From NCBI GenBank assembly GCA_001769975.1, contig MEPW01000007.1:34734-98733 (forward strand): DNA of 64,000 nt. The letters run 5' to 3'. Of this stretch, positions 18,503 through 28,474 are shown one piece after another (position 1 is the first letter of the stretch; each line of letters starts with the position of its first letter). The notes below the pieces were generated by a model. The model made no database searches and was not told where the DNA came from. It saw only the letters and a program-made list of their open reading frames with translations. The position numbers were made by a program, and so were the translations under genes. This stretch comes from Bdellovibrionales bacterium RIFOXYA1_FULL_36_14. Its GTDB lineage: Bacteria > Bdellovibrionota > Bacteriovoracia > Bacteriovoracales > Bacteriovoracaceae.

Positions 18503-19573
18503 TTAATCTTTTAGTTGGTTTAACTTACTGTCTATTACCGAATTATTAAATGGCTCACTATTAAACTGATCCCATTCATATTTGTCGGTTAAGGCATTTA
18601 ATATAACCCGTTGTTCACCATGAGTAGCCAAGTTATCGTCCACGTAAGCCAGTTGAATATTTTTTAAATTAAAAGGACCACTTATTTTTTTCTTATAAAA
18701 AATATAACCATAGAAATTTAAATTGAGAAAATGTACTCCCTCAGTAAGATCAACCGCATTGTGGGCCCCGGCAATAATTTTCCCTTGGTTATCGTAGAGC
18801 ATTCCCTCTAATAAATAGGTTCCGGCTTTTAATATATTAACTTTGTGTTTAAATACCAAGTTACCGTTGGAATCCAAAAAGGACTTTTCCATTTTTTTAT
18901 ATTCAAAATACTGATCTTCAACTTTAAAACCACTAATGGAGGTTAAAGTCTCCCCTAATACATCTGCATCAATTTGCATCATGTATTGACCGGTTTTGAT
19001 CTGGGAGATACTAAGCTCTCCCACATACTCCCCAGGCGTTTGTGGCCTAAAAGGAACTTCCAATCCATTGTTTAAATTAGCTCTTATCTTTTGAGCGTTG
19101 ATACTTTTTCCATTCTTACTAAAAAGGGCATAAAAACGAATAACTTTATCTTTTATTGAATAGTAATTTTTCTCACTCCAAGAAACCATAACGACACTCG
19201 GATCATTTTCCCCGAGCGTCTGTTTAACATCAGGAGAAAATTTACTTTCGATATGATCTATCGACTTTCTATAATCAATGGGAGACGAATAATCAGGATA
19301 ATTCATCATCTCACGATAAATCTCTATGGTTTTTTCCCTGTTAGTCATTAACAAGTGGTCAGTTTTAGATTCTACAAAAGCTGGGGCCCGAGTTTTGGAA
19401 GTTTTAATTGAAGGCGACGAATTAATCAACGGGGGCGGGGAAATCGTTTTCTCCCCTTGCATTACTATTGGTAGTTTCGGATTAATTTTTTTTTCTTTAT
19501 GGTAGAAAAATGTGCTCAATATTATACACATTAGCAAAAAACAAAATATTTTAATCCATTTTTTAATATTCAT
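18503..19573 (-). CDS. Hypothetical membrane-anchored/secreted protein
   Basis: 356-aa ORF with the N-terminal hydrophobic helix IFCFLLMCIILSTFFY. Overlaps the upstream gene by 4 nt (operon). Confidence 0.5.
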   Translation of the reverse strand: MNIKKWIKIFCFLLMCIILSTFFYHKEKKINPKLPIVMQGEKTISPPPLINSSPSIKTSKTRAPAFVESKTDHLLMTNREKTIEIYREMMNYPDYSSPIDYRKSIDHIESKFSPDVKQTLGENDPSVVMVSWSEKNYYSIKDKVIRFYALFSKNGKSINAQKIRANLNNGLEVPFRPQTPGEYVGELSISQIKTGQYMMQIDADVLGETLTSISGFKVEDQYFEYKKMEKSFLDSNGNLVFKHKVNILKAGTYLLEGMLYDNQGKIIAGAHNAVDLTEGVHFLNLNFYGYIFYKKKISGPFNLKNIQLAYVDDNLATHGEQRVILNALTDKYEWDQFNSEPFNNSVIDSKLNQLKD

Positions 19574-20421
19574 TTTTGTTGGCTTGCATCGCTATGTTGG
19601 TGTTTAATAAGCATAAATTCATGATCATCAACATATCCGCTATGGCTTTTATCTTTTAAGTGGTAAAAATTCACAAAGTAATTGCTATCTAGGTTCTTAC
19701 ACTCAAATTCAGGATCTTCGATCAATTGTTGTTCAGCACATGCCTTAGTTGCATAGAGTGGAAGTGTATTATCATTTTGGTTCCTTACCCCATGAAATAT
19801 AAATGCCCTCCAATCTACCAAGTGCTTGGCAATAATTCCACCGAGCAATCCCCCAAACCCTGATCGATCAGATGAATAAATCAAATGAGTAGGAACACCT
19901 GGGCTTTGCACAATGTGCGAAACATTGAATGTTTTAGAAGTCGTAAGTGTCGTTACACATAATCTACCAAATCTCTTACCAAGAGCTTGCGTAACTTTTT
20001 TTGCACAAATCAAATCCATAAGAGGAGTCCCATGATAGGCACCAGTAAAGGCGTAGACTTCAGTTGTTCTTTGATAAATTTGAACATACTTGTGTTCTGG
20101 ATAGAGTGCTTGAAATTGCTTTCCCTTACCTAAAATATAATGTACTTGGGCCACACCATAGCTATGAGGTCTAAGCACTACTGGCTCATCTTTTTCACAG
20201 GTGTCCATTAATTCTAAAATTTTATCAGCGACTTTCGGTGCTGAAGTTTCAATAGGCTCGTTGGCATTCCATACCACTTGCCTGGGCAACTCACCAAAAT
20301 AACCCTGTCCCTCGGGAGTGTAACCATGAATAAAAATATCGCAGTCTGCTGCTAAAACGTGGTCAATAACAACCATTGTGACAATACTCGTTATGAATAT
20401 AGTTTTTAGTATTTTTTGCAT
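19570..20421 (-). CDS. Secreted alpha/beta-hydrolase-like protein (possible lipase/esterase)
   Basis: Signal peptide, DIFIHGY oxyanion-like segment and a PHSYG nucleophile-elbow-like motif. Assignment is tentative. Confidence 0.45.
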   Translation of the reverse strand: MQKILKTIFITSIVTMVVIDHVLAADCDIFIHGYTPEGQGYFGELPRQVVWNANEPIETSAPKVADKILELMDTCEKDEPVVLRPHSYGVAQVHYILGKGKQFQALYPEHKYVQIYQRTTEVYAFTGAYHGTPLMDLICAKKVTQALGKRFGRLCVTTLTTSKTFNVSHIVQSPGVPTHLIYSSDRSGFGGLLGGIIAKHLVDWRAFIFHGVRNQNDNTLPLYATKACAEQQLIEDPEFECKNLDSNYFVNFYHLKDKSHSGYVDDHEFMLIKHQHSDASQQK

Positions 20422-20728
20422 ATTTAATTTTTCGGATTTTTTTTTTTTTACTTGAACTTAACTGGACGCGGAAAATGGGGATGATTCCTATCCAGTATTA
20501 CGGAATCATTATGATTAATGCCAACAAATTTAAACTGTTACATCAAAATAACTTAACCCATTTAAAAATAAAGACAATTCTTAATTTCATCCCCAATGTC
20601 ATAGACCAGTTAGGGATGGTACCATTTTTATAGGCCTGCAAACATTTTAGGTGCATTTGATCTCAATATAGAGTAGAAATGACCAATCTTTGGCATCAAG
20701 TGCCAAATCCATGAATTTAGGAGATGCC

Positions 20729-22168
20729 ATGAATTTTCAAGAGTTTGAATTATCACAACCCATAAATGACGCTATTATCCAGATGGGTTTCACCAGCGCT
20801 ACCGAGGTCCAAGAAAAGGTAATACCGATTCTAAGAACTCATCAAGGTGACTTTGTAGGACAGGCACAAACAGGTACCGGCAAAACAGCAGCCTTCGTTA
20901 TTCCTCTCTTGGAACAAATCAATTTTAAATCAAAAAAAATTCAAGCTTTAATTTTGGCACCTACTAGAGAGCTAGCAAATCAGGTTTATGAAGAAATTAA
21001 AAAATTAGGAAAATTCTTACCTCTTAAGGCCACAACTGTTTATGGTGGTGTACCCTATGTAAAGCAGATTAATGAAATTACTAGGGATAATCCTCAAATT
21101 ATTGTAGGCACACCTGGAAGAATCATCGACCTTATCAATAGAAAAGTACTTAATCTCTCTCAATGTCATCAACTCATAATTGATGAAGCAGATGAAATGC
21201 TTAATATGGGATTTATTGATGATGTGCAAACTATTATCAGTTCATTAAATCAGACCAAAAAGATGTGGATGTTTTCAGCCACCATGCCAGACCCCATCGT
21301 TAAATTAATTGAAAAGAAATTTTCCAAACCTAAAATCGTTCAACTGGAAAAAAGAATTTCAGGTAATCGCAATATCAAACAATATTATTTCGTCGCTCAT
21401 CGTAGACATTTTGGTTCAGCCCTAAAATGTTTTATCGATGCCAATCCCGACAGCAAGGGGATTGTATTTTGTGAAACCAGACAAGACACCAAACAGTTAG
21501 CAGAATTAATGCAAAGAAGAGGTGTTTCTGTGGCCGCTCTTCATGGAGAACTAAGTCAAAGTCAAAGAGACGATTCCATGAAAAAATTCAAAGACAAGAG
21601 AGTCGATTTTTTAATTTGCACCGACGTAGCGGCTCGTGGAATTGATGTTCCCAACATTTCCCATGTATTTAATATGGGACTTCCAAAACAATATGAATCT
21701 TATGTTCACCGAATCGGGAGAACGGGAAGAGCTGAGCTTAAAGGAACTTCAATAAGCTTTGTGGCTCCCGATCAGATAAGAAAAAGAAGTGCCATTGAGC
21801 ATTTTACTGGGCAAAAGATGGAAGAGATTAACTTGCCAGATGCCAATACTCTAAAAAAATTAAAAATCATCAAAGAACTTCATAAAATGGAAAACATTAA
21901 AAATGCCATTTTAAGCAAAGAAGATTCTTTTGCGCTGGACCCTTCTTTTGTTTATTTTCAAAGCTATTTTAGCGATCTAACCAAGGAACAAGCTTTAAAA
22001 CTACTGTTTACCTATCGGTTTAACCAAGAGATTCGTCATATTGATGAATCAGTATTCGTGGATGCTCCCCCTAAAGAGTCTTCAAAACGAAGTCCAGAAA
22101 GAGACGGCTATCGCAGTAGAGATCGCAACCGAAATAGAAGCAGGAATAAGGATCAAAGGAAACGCTAG
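20729..22168 (+). CDS. DEAD-box ATP-dependent RNA helicase with basic C-terminal tail
   Basis: Q-motif region plus AQTGTGKT, PTRELA, DEAD (IIDEADEM), SAT, ARGID and HRIGRTGRA. RS/RN-rich tail. Start set at MNFQEF (ATG 20729, AGGAGA upstream). The track start at 20690 is TTG. Confidence 0.85.
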   Translation: MNFQEFELSQPINDAIIQMGFTSATEVQEKVIPILRTHQGDFVGQAQTGTGKTAAFVIPLLEQINFKSKKIQALILAPTRELANQVYEEIKKLGKFLPLKATTVYGGVPYVKQINEITRDNPQIIVGTPGRIIDLINRKVLNLSQCHQLIIDEADEMLNMGFIDDVQTIISSLNQTKKMWMFSATMPDPIVKLIEKKFSKPKIVQLEKRISGNRNIKQYYFVAHRRHFGSALKCFIDANPDSKGIVFCETRQDTKQLAELMQRRGVSVAALHGELSQSQRDDSMKKFKDKRVDFLICTDVAARGIDVPNISHVFNMGLPKQYESYVHRIGRTGRAELKGTSISFVAPDQIRKRSAIEHFTGQKMEEINLPDANTLKKLKIIKELHKMENIKNAILSKEDSFALDPSFVYFQSYFSDLTKEQALKLLFTYRFNQEIRHIDESVFVDAPPKESSKRSPERDGYRSRDRNRNRSRNKDQRKR

Positions 22169-22177
22169 CTCGAAATA

Positions 22178-22753
22178 TTACAAGATAGCTGGTTCATCGA
22201 CGACATCAAAATATCCCCGTGGATGCGCACACGCCAAACAGACTTGGGGTGCCTGAGTGCCCAAATGTATAAAACCGCATTTTCGACAGCGCCATCTGGA
22301 TTTTTTTGACCTTTTATAAAACTCACCTTTTTGCAATTTTCGTCTGATCGCAACGAATCGTTCATAATGGTATTTATCGGCTTCAATGATTGCATCTAGG
22401 ATCTGAGAGATTGTATCTAATCCTTCACTTAGAGCGGTTTTAGAATAAACGGGATAAATTTTATCCCAATCTTTTTTTTCTTCTTGAATTGATAAATTTA
22501 AATTTTCAATTGTGTTTCCAATATATCCTGCGGGAAAACATTCTGTAATTTCCAGATTCCCACCTGGAAGAAGTTTAAAACATCTTTTAGCAAGAATACG
22601 TTCATATTCAGCCGTTTGTTCAAAAACTTGTTCAATTATAGGATGACCTTCTTCCTTGGCAACTTTAGCATAAAAACTATATCGATTTCTGGCCTGTGAT
22701 TTACTCGTAAAAGATTTAAGTAAATTAATTTCAGTAAGACTCCCCTTTAACAT
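22178..22753 (-). CDS. rbr: Rubrerythrin (diiron four-helix bundle plus C-terminal rubredoxin-like CxxC...CxxC)
   Basis: LKGSLTEINLLKSFTSKSQARNRYSFYA is a typical N-terminus. C-terminal WRCRKCGF...CLACAHP. Start at ATG 22753 with GGAGG upstream; the track start 22819 is an upstream GTG. Confidence 0.85.
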   Translation of the reverse strand: MLKGSLTEINLLKSFTSKSQARNRYSFYAKVAKEEGHPIIEQVFEQTAEYERILAKRCFKLLPGGNLEITECFPAGYIGNTIENLNLSIQEEKKDWDKIYPVYSKTALSEGLDTISQILDAIIEADKYHYERFVAIRRKLQKGEFYKRSKKSRWRCRKCGFIHLGTQAPQVCLACAHPRGYFDVVDEPAIL

Positions 22754-22868
22754 ATCGCCTCCATAAAAATATATCAAAAGATTATTAAAAATGCGTAATA
22801 AAAGCAATAGACCTGGCACTGTTAGATATACGAAAACATAAACGATACTTAATCAGGGAAGGAAGATT

Positions 22869-23381
22869 ATGAATAAGCGTGAATTTACTAACGTAAGTGA
22901 TAATGCGTCAGAGGTTTCTAGTCAGTATTTAAGTAAGAATGTCGACTTTTATGACATTATGGATTTTGCCATTTTAAAAGAGGAAGAGGCTTACAATGTT
23001 CTTCTGGGACTATGCAAAAAAATGGAAAATCCCGAAGCTAAAAAGGCATTGAATCGCTTAGCTTCAGAGGAATTGGAACATATAAAAGTGCTCCAAAAAC
23101 TAATTGCGGGGGGCCCAGGGAATTTTAAAGCTACGAAAGTTACATTTGAAAAATATCAAGATCAGGAATTTAGTGATGTATTAAAAGAAGACGCCACGGT
23201 TAAAGAAGTGCTGGAGTTTACTATCGCTAAAGAGAAAGACTCCTATCTATTTTATAATGACATGGCCAGAGCATATAAGGACAAAGAAACCAAGGACACC
23301 TTGATAAATCTGGCTAATTTAGAAAAAGCCCATCAAACCAGATTAGAGAAAATATATTATCGTTATTTTCAACCTAACTAG
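22869..23381 (+). CDS. Rubrerythrin/ferritin-like diiron protein without a rubredoxin domain
   Basis: Two E...ExxH half-sites (EEEAY...SEELEHI and KEKDSY...LEKAHQ) in a 170-aa helical protein. Divergent from rbr. Confidence 0.65.
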   Translation: MNKREFTNVSDNASEVSSQYLSKNVDFYDIMDFAILKEEEAYNVLLGLCKKMENPEAKKALNRLASEELEHIKVLQKLIAGGPGNFKATKVTFEKYQDQEFSDVLKEDATVKEVLEFTIAKEKDSYLFYNDMARAYKDKETKDTLINLANLEKAHQTRLEKIYYRYFQPN

Positions 23382-23395
23382 GAATTATATAAACA

Positions 23396-24658
23396 TCAAT
23401 TGCGTCGATCAATTACGTTCCTCAATTTGCCGGTACGTCGATTTCTCACCAAGTCCTCGTACTCGCAAATTTGGATTTGAATATCACCAATTAGCCCTAG
23501 CTCAACGCTTTCTTGATACATCTTTTTTTCTTTATTAAAAAGTTGATAGAGCAGTTTTATATCACGGCTTAATAACTTAATATTGCCATAATCAGAGGCA
23601 ATTCTCCAAATCAGGAAATCCTTTTGCTTATCATGTTCAATAATAAGCTGGAATCCCATAATCAGATTTTTGTGTGAATAAGATTTTAAAATATTTAAAA
23701 AATCATCTCTATTAACGGTAACTGGTCCTACTCTAGCCCCCACTTCTGATCGACCTTGTAGCAAAAACTTTTCACCCACACTGCTCCATTGGGCCAGATC
23801 TCCCACAGGATATCTTATTATCGGCATTAAAGTTCTCTCTAAATTGGTATAAACTAACTTTCCGACAATGCCTGTTTTAGTAATTGGTTCATTGGTATTT
23901 TCATCCAGTATTTCCATGATTGAATATTGATTAAAACAAACATGTTCTCCAGGTAGACAGGTTTTATCCACAAAGCCAAGATGTCCACCATCAACACTAG
24001 CATATCCAATAGATGAAATAATGACCCCGGGAAAACTATCCTCTAAGACAGCTCTTTGATCTTGGTATAGTCCTTCTCCACCATATAAAATCTTTTTTAC
24101 TGGTAGTTTTAAATTTTTACTACGTACCAAACTTGCCAGATGCATAAATGAAGTGGGCACTCCAGCCAATACATTAATATTCAACTCTTGTAGCACTTCC
24201 AATAAACTAGAATCTGGACATTTCCCTGTTATCGGAAAATGGATAACGGGAGTTTTTGCATATTCCAGAGATTTCATAATAAAGATAAATGAGGCATAAA
24301 GTTCCCCACTATAGAACAAATTAGCAACTCTGTCGCCATGCTTGAGATTACATTGATCCAGCCCTTCTCCAAATATTTTCGTAAACATTTCCCACTCTGT
24401 TTTGGTAAAAAATGAAAACTTAGGATTCCCTGAAGTGCCACCACTTTTAAGCACAATCCCATTATCAATTTCTCCAGTTAGTAACTGATTATTTTCCAAG
24501 GAATTAGCAATCCAGAATTTTTCTTGATCAACGATGGGAAGATCTTGTAACTCAAATTTCTCAATATCTATGTCATAGTATATTTCGCGATAGAAGGGAG
24601 ATTTTTCTCTGACAAATTTAACAAGGTCCTTTAATTTTTCATGTGCATTGGTTTTCAT
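23396..24658 (-). CDS. Adenylate-forming enzyme, phenylacetate-CoA ligase / F390-synthetase (CapK-like) family
   Basis: 420 aa with the P-loop-like motif LKSGGTSGNPKFSFF and overall PaaK-like length. The start overlaps the stop of the upstream fusion gene by 1 nt (TAATG). Confidence 0.65.
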   Translation of the reverse strand: MKTNAHEKLKDLVKFVREKSPFYREIYYDIDIEKFELQDLPIVDQEKFWIANSLENNQLLTGEIDNGIVLKSGGTSGNPKFSFFTKTEWEMFTKIFGEGLDQCNLKHGDRVANLFYSGELYASFIFIMKSLEYAKTPVIHFPITGKCPDSSLLEVLQELNINVLAGVPTSFMHLASLVRSKNLKLPVKKILYGGEGLYQDQRAVLEDSFPGVIISSIGYASVDGGHLGFVDKTCLPGEHVCFNQYSIMEILDENTNEPITKTGIVGKLVYTNLERTLMPIIRYPVGDLAQWSSVGEKFLLQGRSEVGARVGPVTVNRDDFLNILKSYSHKNLIMGFQLIIEHDKQKDFLIWRIASDYGNIKLLSRDIKLLYQLFNKEKKMYQESVELGLIGDIQIQICEYEDLVRNRRTGKLRNVIDRRN

Positions 24659-27129
24659 TATTCTTTTCTCTGGTCTATAACCCGAATTAGCTTGCCGCTT
24701 GACGGGGTTTTTAAAAAATCATTTGCGTCTATTTTTTTTATTTCTAAAATCAACGCATGTTCACTTTTAACCACTTCTAATAAATCGTGATAATTCTTCA
24801 AGATTATTTCCTCTACATCACTTGAAATAATTTTACTCTCATCTAATTTTACTATCAAATGATCTAAACGTTCATTTTTCACTATCTCTATTTGTAACTG
24901 CCCACTGTACGCACACTTTTCACTCAAGATGTTTTCAATAATTTGAAAATTTATAAAAGTACCACCTGCCTTAAAGACATCCCCCAGGCGCCCTTTTAAC
25001 TCGAACATCTTCGCCTTTCTCCCGCAAGCACAAACCCCAGGAATCCATCTACCGACGTCACCAATCTCATAACGATTGATAACTACTGATTCCCGATCAG
25101 GTGTAGTAAAAACGAGCCTACCAATTTCATTGTCCTCAACCGGTTCATCACGAATGAGCTTTAAAATTTCCAAATGATGAATACTGTCGTGTAAATGATG
25201 AACACTTCCCAATGTATGAGGGCACTGATATCCAAGCGGACCTGCATCAACACTTCCATAACTGGCTGACTTAATCAAGCGAATATTAAATTCTTTTTGT
25301 ACCCACTCTTTTTGTTGATTAGTAAAGTGCTCACCCCCATAAAATATTTTTTTTATTCCATTATATTTTTTAAATCGTTCCCTATTGTAATCCAATAATT
25401 GCATTAAATAAGAAGTCATCCCTATTAGTGTATCTATGTTATTTGAGATGATGGTTTCTCCTACAAATTCAAAATTGGGCCACGCCCCCATAGAATATTG
25501 GATGGCCTGCATTTTTTCCAAGACTGTAAAGAAACTGATCATGCCCCCATATAGTCCGCCACCAAAAAAAAGATTTATAACTTTATCACGTCGGGGATCA
25601 AGTCCCGAAGCCACTAGTCCCTCGCTAGCTGCTTCCATCAACAGATTATAATCTGCATAGTTAAAAGAAGAAAGGGCGGTTTTGCCTGAGCTACCGCCAC
25701 TTTTAAAAAATAATTTTGCATATTGAAGGTCATGACTTTGTTTTTGAAAATCATCCTTAGTCATTATTTTTGAGTTGGTGGATTGATTAAAATAATTGGA
25801 AAAATTTATTCTAGACCATCCGTCTAATCCTTCCATGACTGAGCTAACATTTTTAGTAAACGCATGAAGCGGATAAATCCCGTCATGTGCTTCACCTTCG
25901 TAAGTATCCAGCATTTGCCCCACTGGTTTTATCCGGGTAGCTCCAGTTTTTAATAAGACATCTAACACATCAGAAGAATCTTTGAGATTGCCTGCAAATC
26001 CAATCGTCTGTAAATGATTTCTATATTTAAATAATTCAGACAAAATGTGATCCTTTAATAACGGTTTGATCCAGATAGTTCTATTTAATGGGGAGGTTTT
26101 TAGCGCTGAATCGTTTTCGACATAGATACGAAATTTTTTATCCGGTTCTTCCAGTACCAGCGAATCTATCATGATCTCATCAAGTTTAACCAATTCGGTA
26201 ACATTAGTAATTTCTGCCTGGATATCTGCTGGAAGTGATTCTGCTTTTTTGGAGTCAGATTCACTTTTTAAATACTGGTAAAACTCCTTAGCAAATTGCT
26301 TAACCTCTTCGTAGGAATCAGTCTCTAAATAAACGCATTGGGGAGAAGCACATGCTTGTTGTTCCAACCTCACACAATCTTTAGCTAAGTTGCTTAAAGT
26401 TTTCTTATCATGGAAATGAAACTTCGTTATATAAGCAAAGGAAATTTTATGTCCCCAGGTAATCACTTTACATTGGGCAGGTACCATATTTTTTATGTCC
26501 ATGACTGCCGGGTCCCCTCCCCAGACAGAAACCCCGTTAGCGACCGATGCCAACTGAGTCATTATTTCTTTTTGTTTGGAATTAAGTCTTAAAACTATAA
26601 GATGATTCTTGATAAGTCCCGTATCATCCAGATCACCTAATATTTTTAATGCTTTTAAAGAAAAGCTCGAATCTTTACTGGAAACTTTAAGTATATTCAC
26701 ATTACCACTTAACAATCCCTCCAGTGCTGCCAAAAATGCCAGTACATTGGAATTTGAGGGTGTAATGTGCAAGATAATTCCCAGTGGACGTCGACCTTCA
26801 AAAACACAAGCGGTGTCCATATTTTTCTTCAGATCCCAAAAATCGTACCCGCCTAATTCTTTTTTTATTTTATTTTTAAGATTACTCATTTTTAAAAAAT
26901 TTCTTAAAAAATCGATTTCATCTTTCAAGTCTTCCTTTGATAAATGAGCATCGTTTAAATATTCATATAATTGGTCGTCAGTTAACGCTTGATTGAATTT
27001 CTCCAAGGTGTGTGTTACTAACTTTACTGGTAAATTTTGCTTAAGCGAATTTGACATTTCGCAATCTAGTTTTTCAAGATAATTCATTAAACTTAAATCA
27101 TCAATTTCAAGACCTTTCCATAAATGCAT
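24658..27129 (-). CDS. Fusion protein: LuxC-like acyl-CoA reductase (N) plus PaaK/F390-synthetase-like adenylate-forming domain (C)
   Basis: N-terminal part (about aa 1-440): HITPSNSNVLAFLAALEGLLSGNVNILKVSSKD and the catalytic-Cys context EQQACASPQC (Cys260). C-terminal part (from about aa 460): FFKSGGSSGKTALSSF plus a PaaK-like body. 823 aa in total. Confidence 0.65.
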   Translation of the reverse strand: MHLWKGLEIDDLSLMNYLEKLDCEMSNSLKQNLPVKLVTHTLEKFNQALTDDQLYEYLNDAHLSKEDLKDEIDFLRNFLKMSNLKNKIKKELGGYDFWDLKKNMDTACVFEGRRPLGIILHITPSNSNVLAFLAALEGLLSGNVNILKVSSKDSSFSLKALKILGDLDDTGLIKNHLIVLRLNSKQKEIMTQLASVANGVSVWGGDPAVMDIKNMVPAQCKVITWGHKISFAYITKFHFHDKKTLSNLAKDCVRLEQQACASPQCVYLETDSYEEVKQFAKEFYQYLKSESDSKKAESLPADIQAEITNVTELVKLDEIMIDSLVLEEPDKKFRIYVENDSALKTSPLNRTIWIKPLLKDHILSELFKYRNHLQTIGFAGNLKDSSDVLDVLLKTGATRIKPVGQMLDTYEGEAHDGIYPLHAFTKNVSSVMEGLDGWSRINFSNYFNQSTNSKIMTKDDFQKQSHDLQYAKLFFKSGGSSGKTALSSFNYADYNLLMEAASEGLVASGLDPRRDKVINLFFGGGLYGGMISFFTVLEKMQAIQYSMGAWPNFEFVGETIISNNIDTLIGMTSYLMQLLDYNRERFKKYNGIKKIFYGGEHFTNQQKEWVQKEFNIRLIKSASYGSVDAGPLGYQCPHTLGSVHHLHDSIHHLEILKLIRDEPVEDNEIGRLVFTTPDRESVVINRYEIGDVGRWIPGVCACGRKAKMFELKGRLGDVFKAGGTFINFQIIENILSEKCAYSGQLQIEIVKNERLDHLIVKLDESKIISSDVEEIILKNYHDLLEVVKSEHALILEIKKIDANDFLKTPSSGKLIRVIDQRKE

Positions 27130-27138
27130 AATTATTCC

Positions 27139-28299
27139 TTAAAAATTATCCAAAAGCTCAGAAGCTTTCATGGCACAACTTTTGTTTTTAGCTGTTCCCG
27201 CTCTACCCACAATTTCAAACCAGGGAGTCGATAATTCACAATCACAATCACTCCCAGCATGTAAAATAGCCAAATCTCCCATCAATACAGAGTTAGCAGG
27301 CACTGAAGTTATATAGGGTGAAATAAAATTTAAATAACCTACTTGATCAAAGCCTAGTGGCTCTAGATTTTTCACGTCTCTGATAATTATTTGAGACCAC
27401 ACGGGCACATGAAAATGGTGACATTTGCATTCGACATAAGGGATACAGTGCTCCACCGAACCAAATCCGTCCCGGAGTCTTTCATCAGGGATATTTAAGT
27501 ATTCATTGACCAAATTATAAAAAACCTCTTTCTCAATCAATTGATCTTGATGGCCTTTCCAGCCTCCGCCTAAAAATACCAGTGAATCCTTATGTAATTT
27601 GATTGGTGGCATTTTTATTTTTTTCATATGTTCAAGCGTGAAATATAAAAAAGCAGGAAATCCAAAAATTCTCACAGGTAATTTTGCTTCTTCATATTTT
27701 TTCAAAGCCTCAATACAACCAAACAAATCAAACTTATGTTCTCCACCACCAATATTTTTTAGCGCATATGATACTTCTTTGATAGGAGCATATTTGCATA
27801 AAAAATTATCTGTGTAAGATGTACCTAAGTTAAAATTTTTTTCGGGTTCATACGTATACAAAAGATAGTTACATTTTTGTTCAGGTGTAATCCACCCATA
27901 ATAATTAAAAATCAGATCAACCATCCTTTGCGCCGATTTGAGTGACCACTCATCAAAAAATATTTGAGATTTCTGGCCAGTGGTTCCAGAAGAGGTTAGA
28001 TGCAAATAAACGTCTTTTTTATCAATCGAAAGTACTTCATATTTTTTAAAAAAATTTGCAAATATAAAAGGTATTTTATGAATATCCAGAATTGATTCAA
28101 GCATGTGCAAAGAAAATTGTTTTTTAATTAAAAGCTTATGGTAAAAAGTTGATTGTTGGTCATGCCAAGCAATGACTTCTTTGAGGGCATCTACAAAAAG
28201 TGCTTCTGTTTCTTGATTAACACCATAAGGATTTTCCAGCAGGCAAAATGCCTGAACTTTCCCCAGTAGTTCCTGATTAAATATCTCAAGTTTTTCCAA
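27139..28299 (-). CDS. LuxE-like acyl-protein synthetase (adenylate-forming)
   Basis: 386 aa with the motif HLTSSGTTGQKSQIFFD. Size and position directly upstream of a LuxC-like reductase fit the LuxE family. Confidence 0.6.
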   Translation of the reverse strand: MEKLEIFNQELLGKVQAFCLLENPYGVNQETEALFVDALKEVIAWHDQQSTFYHKLLIKKQFSLHMLESILDIHKIPFIFANFFKKYEVLSIDKKDVYLHLTSSGTTGQKSQIFFDEWSLKSAQRMVDLIFNYYGWITPEQKCNYLLYTYEPEKNFNLGTSYTDNFLCKYAPIKEVSYALKNIGGGEHKFDLFGCIEALKKYEEAKLPVRIFGFPAFLYFTLEHMKKIKMPPIKLHKDSLVFLGGGWKGHQDQLIEKEVFYNLVNEYLNIPDERLRDGFGSVEHCIPYVECKCHHFHVPVWSQIIIRDVKNLEPLGFDQVGYLNFISPYITSVPANSVLMGDLAILHAGSDCDCELSTPWFEIVGRAGTAKNKSCAMKASELLDNF

Positions 28300-28474
28300 T
28301 TTTGCTCCCTAGGGAAGGATAAATTTCCCACTATAATTTAACTCTTTTGCCATGTATCATATATAAAGTGGAATAGAGAGTATTGATGAAAAATATTCAC
28401 ACAATCTATCAATTCCAAACTACCGTAAACTACTAATTTTACGGAATTTTTCTCTAAGTATCCATGGAGGGATC

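Noticed and set aside
20437-20449. T13 homopolymer in a divergent promoter region as a phase-variation switch.
   Set aside because: The genome is very AT-rich, the tract is intergenic, and nothing indicates length heterogeneity. It is kept only as a detail of the helicase-leader finding.
22782-22801. TTATTA-N8-TAATAA dyad between rbr and the divergent ferritin-like gene as a PerR/Fur-type box.
   Set aside because: Short AT-only dyads are expected by chance in this composition, and the match to known Fur or PerR boxes is weak.
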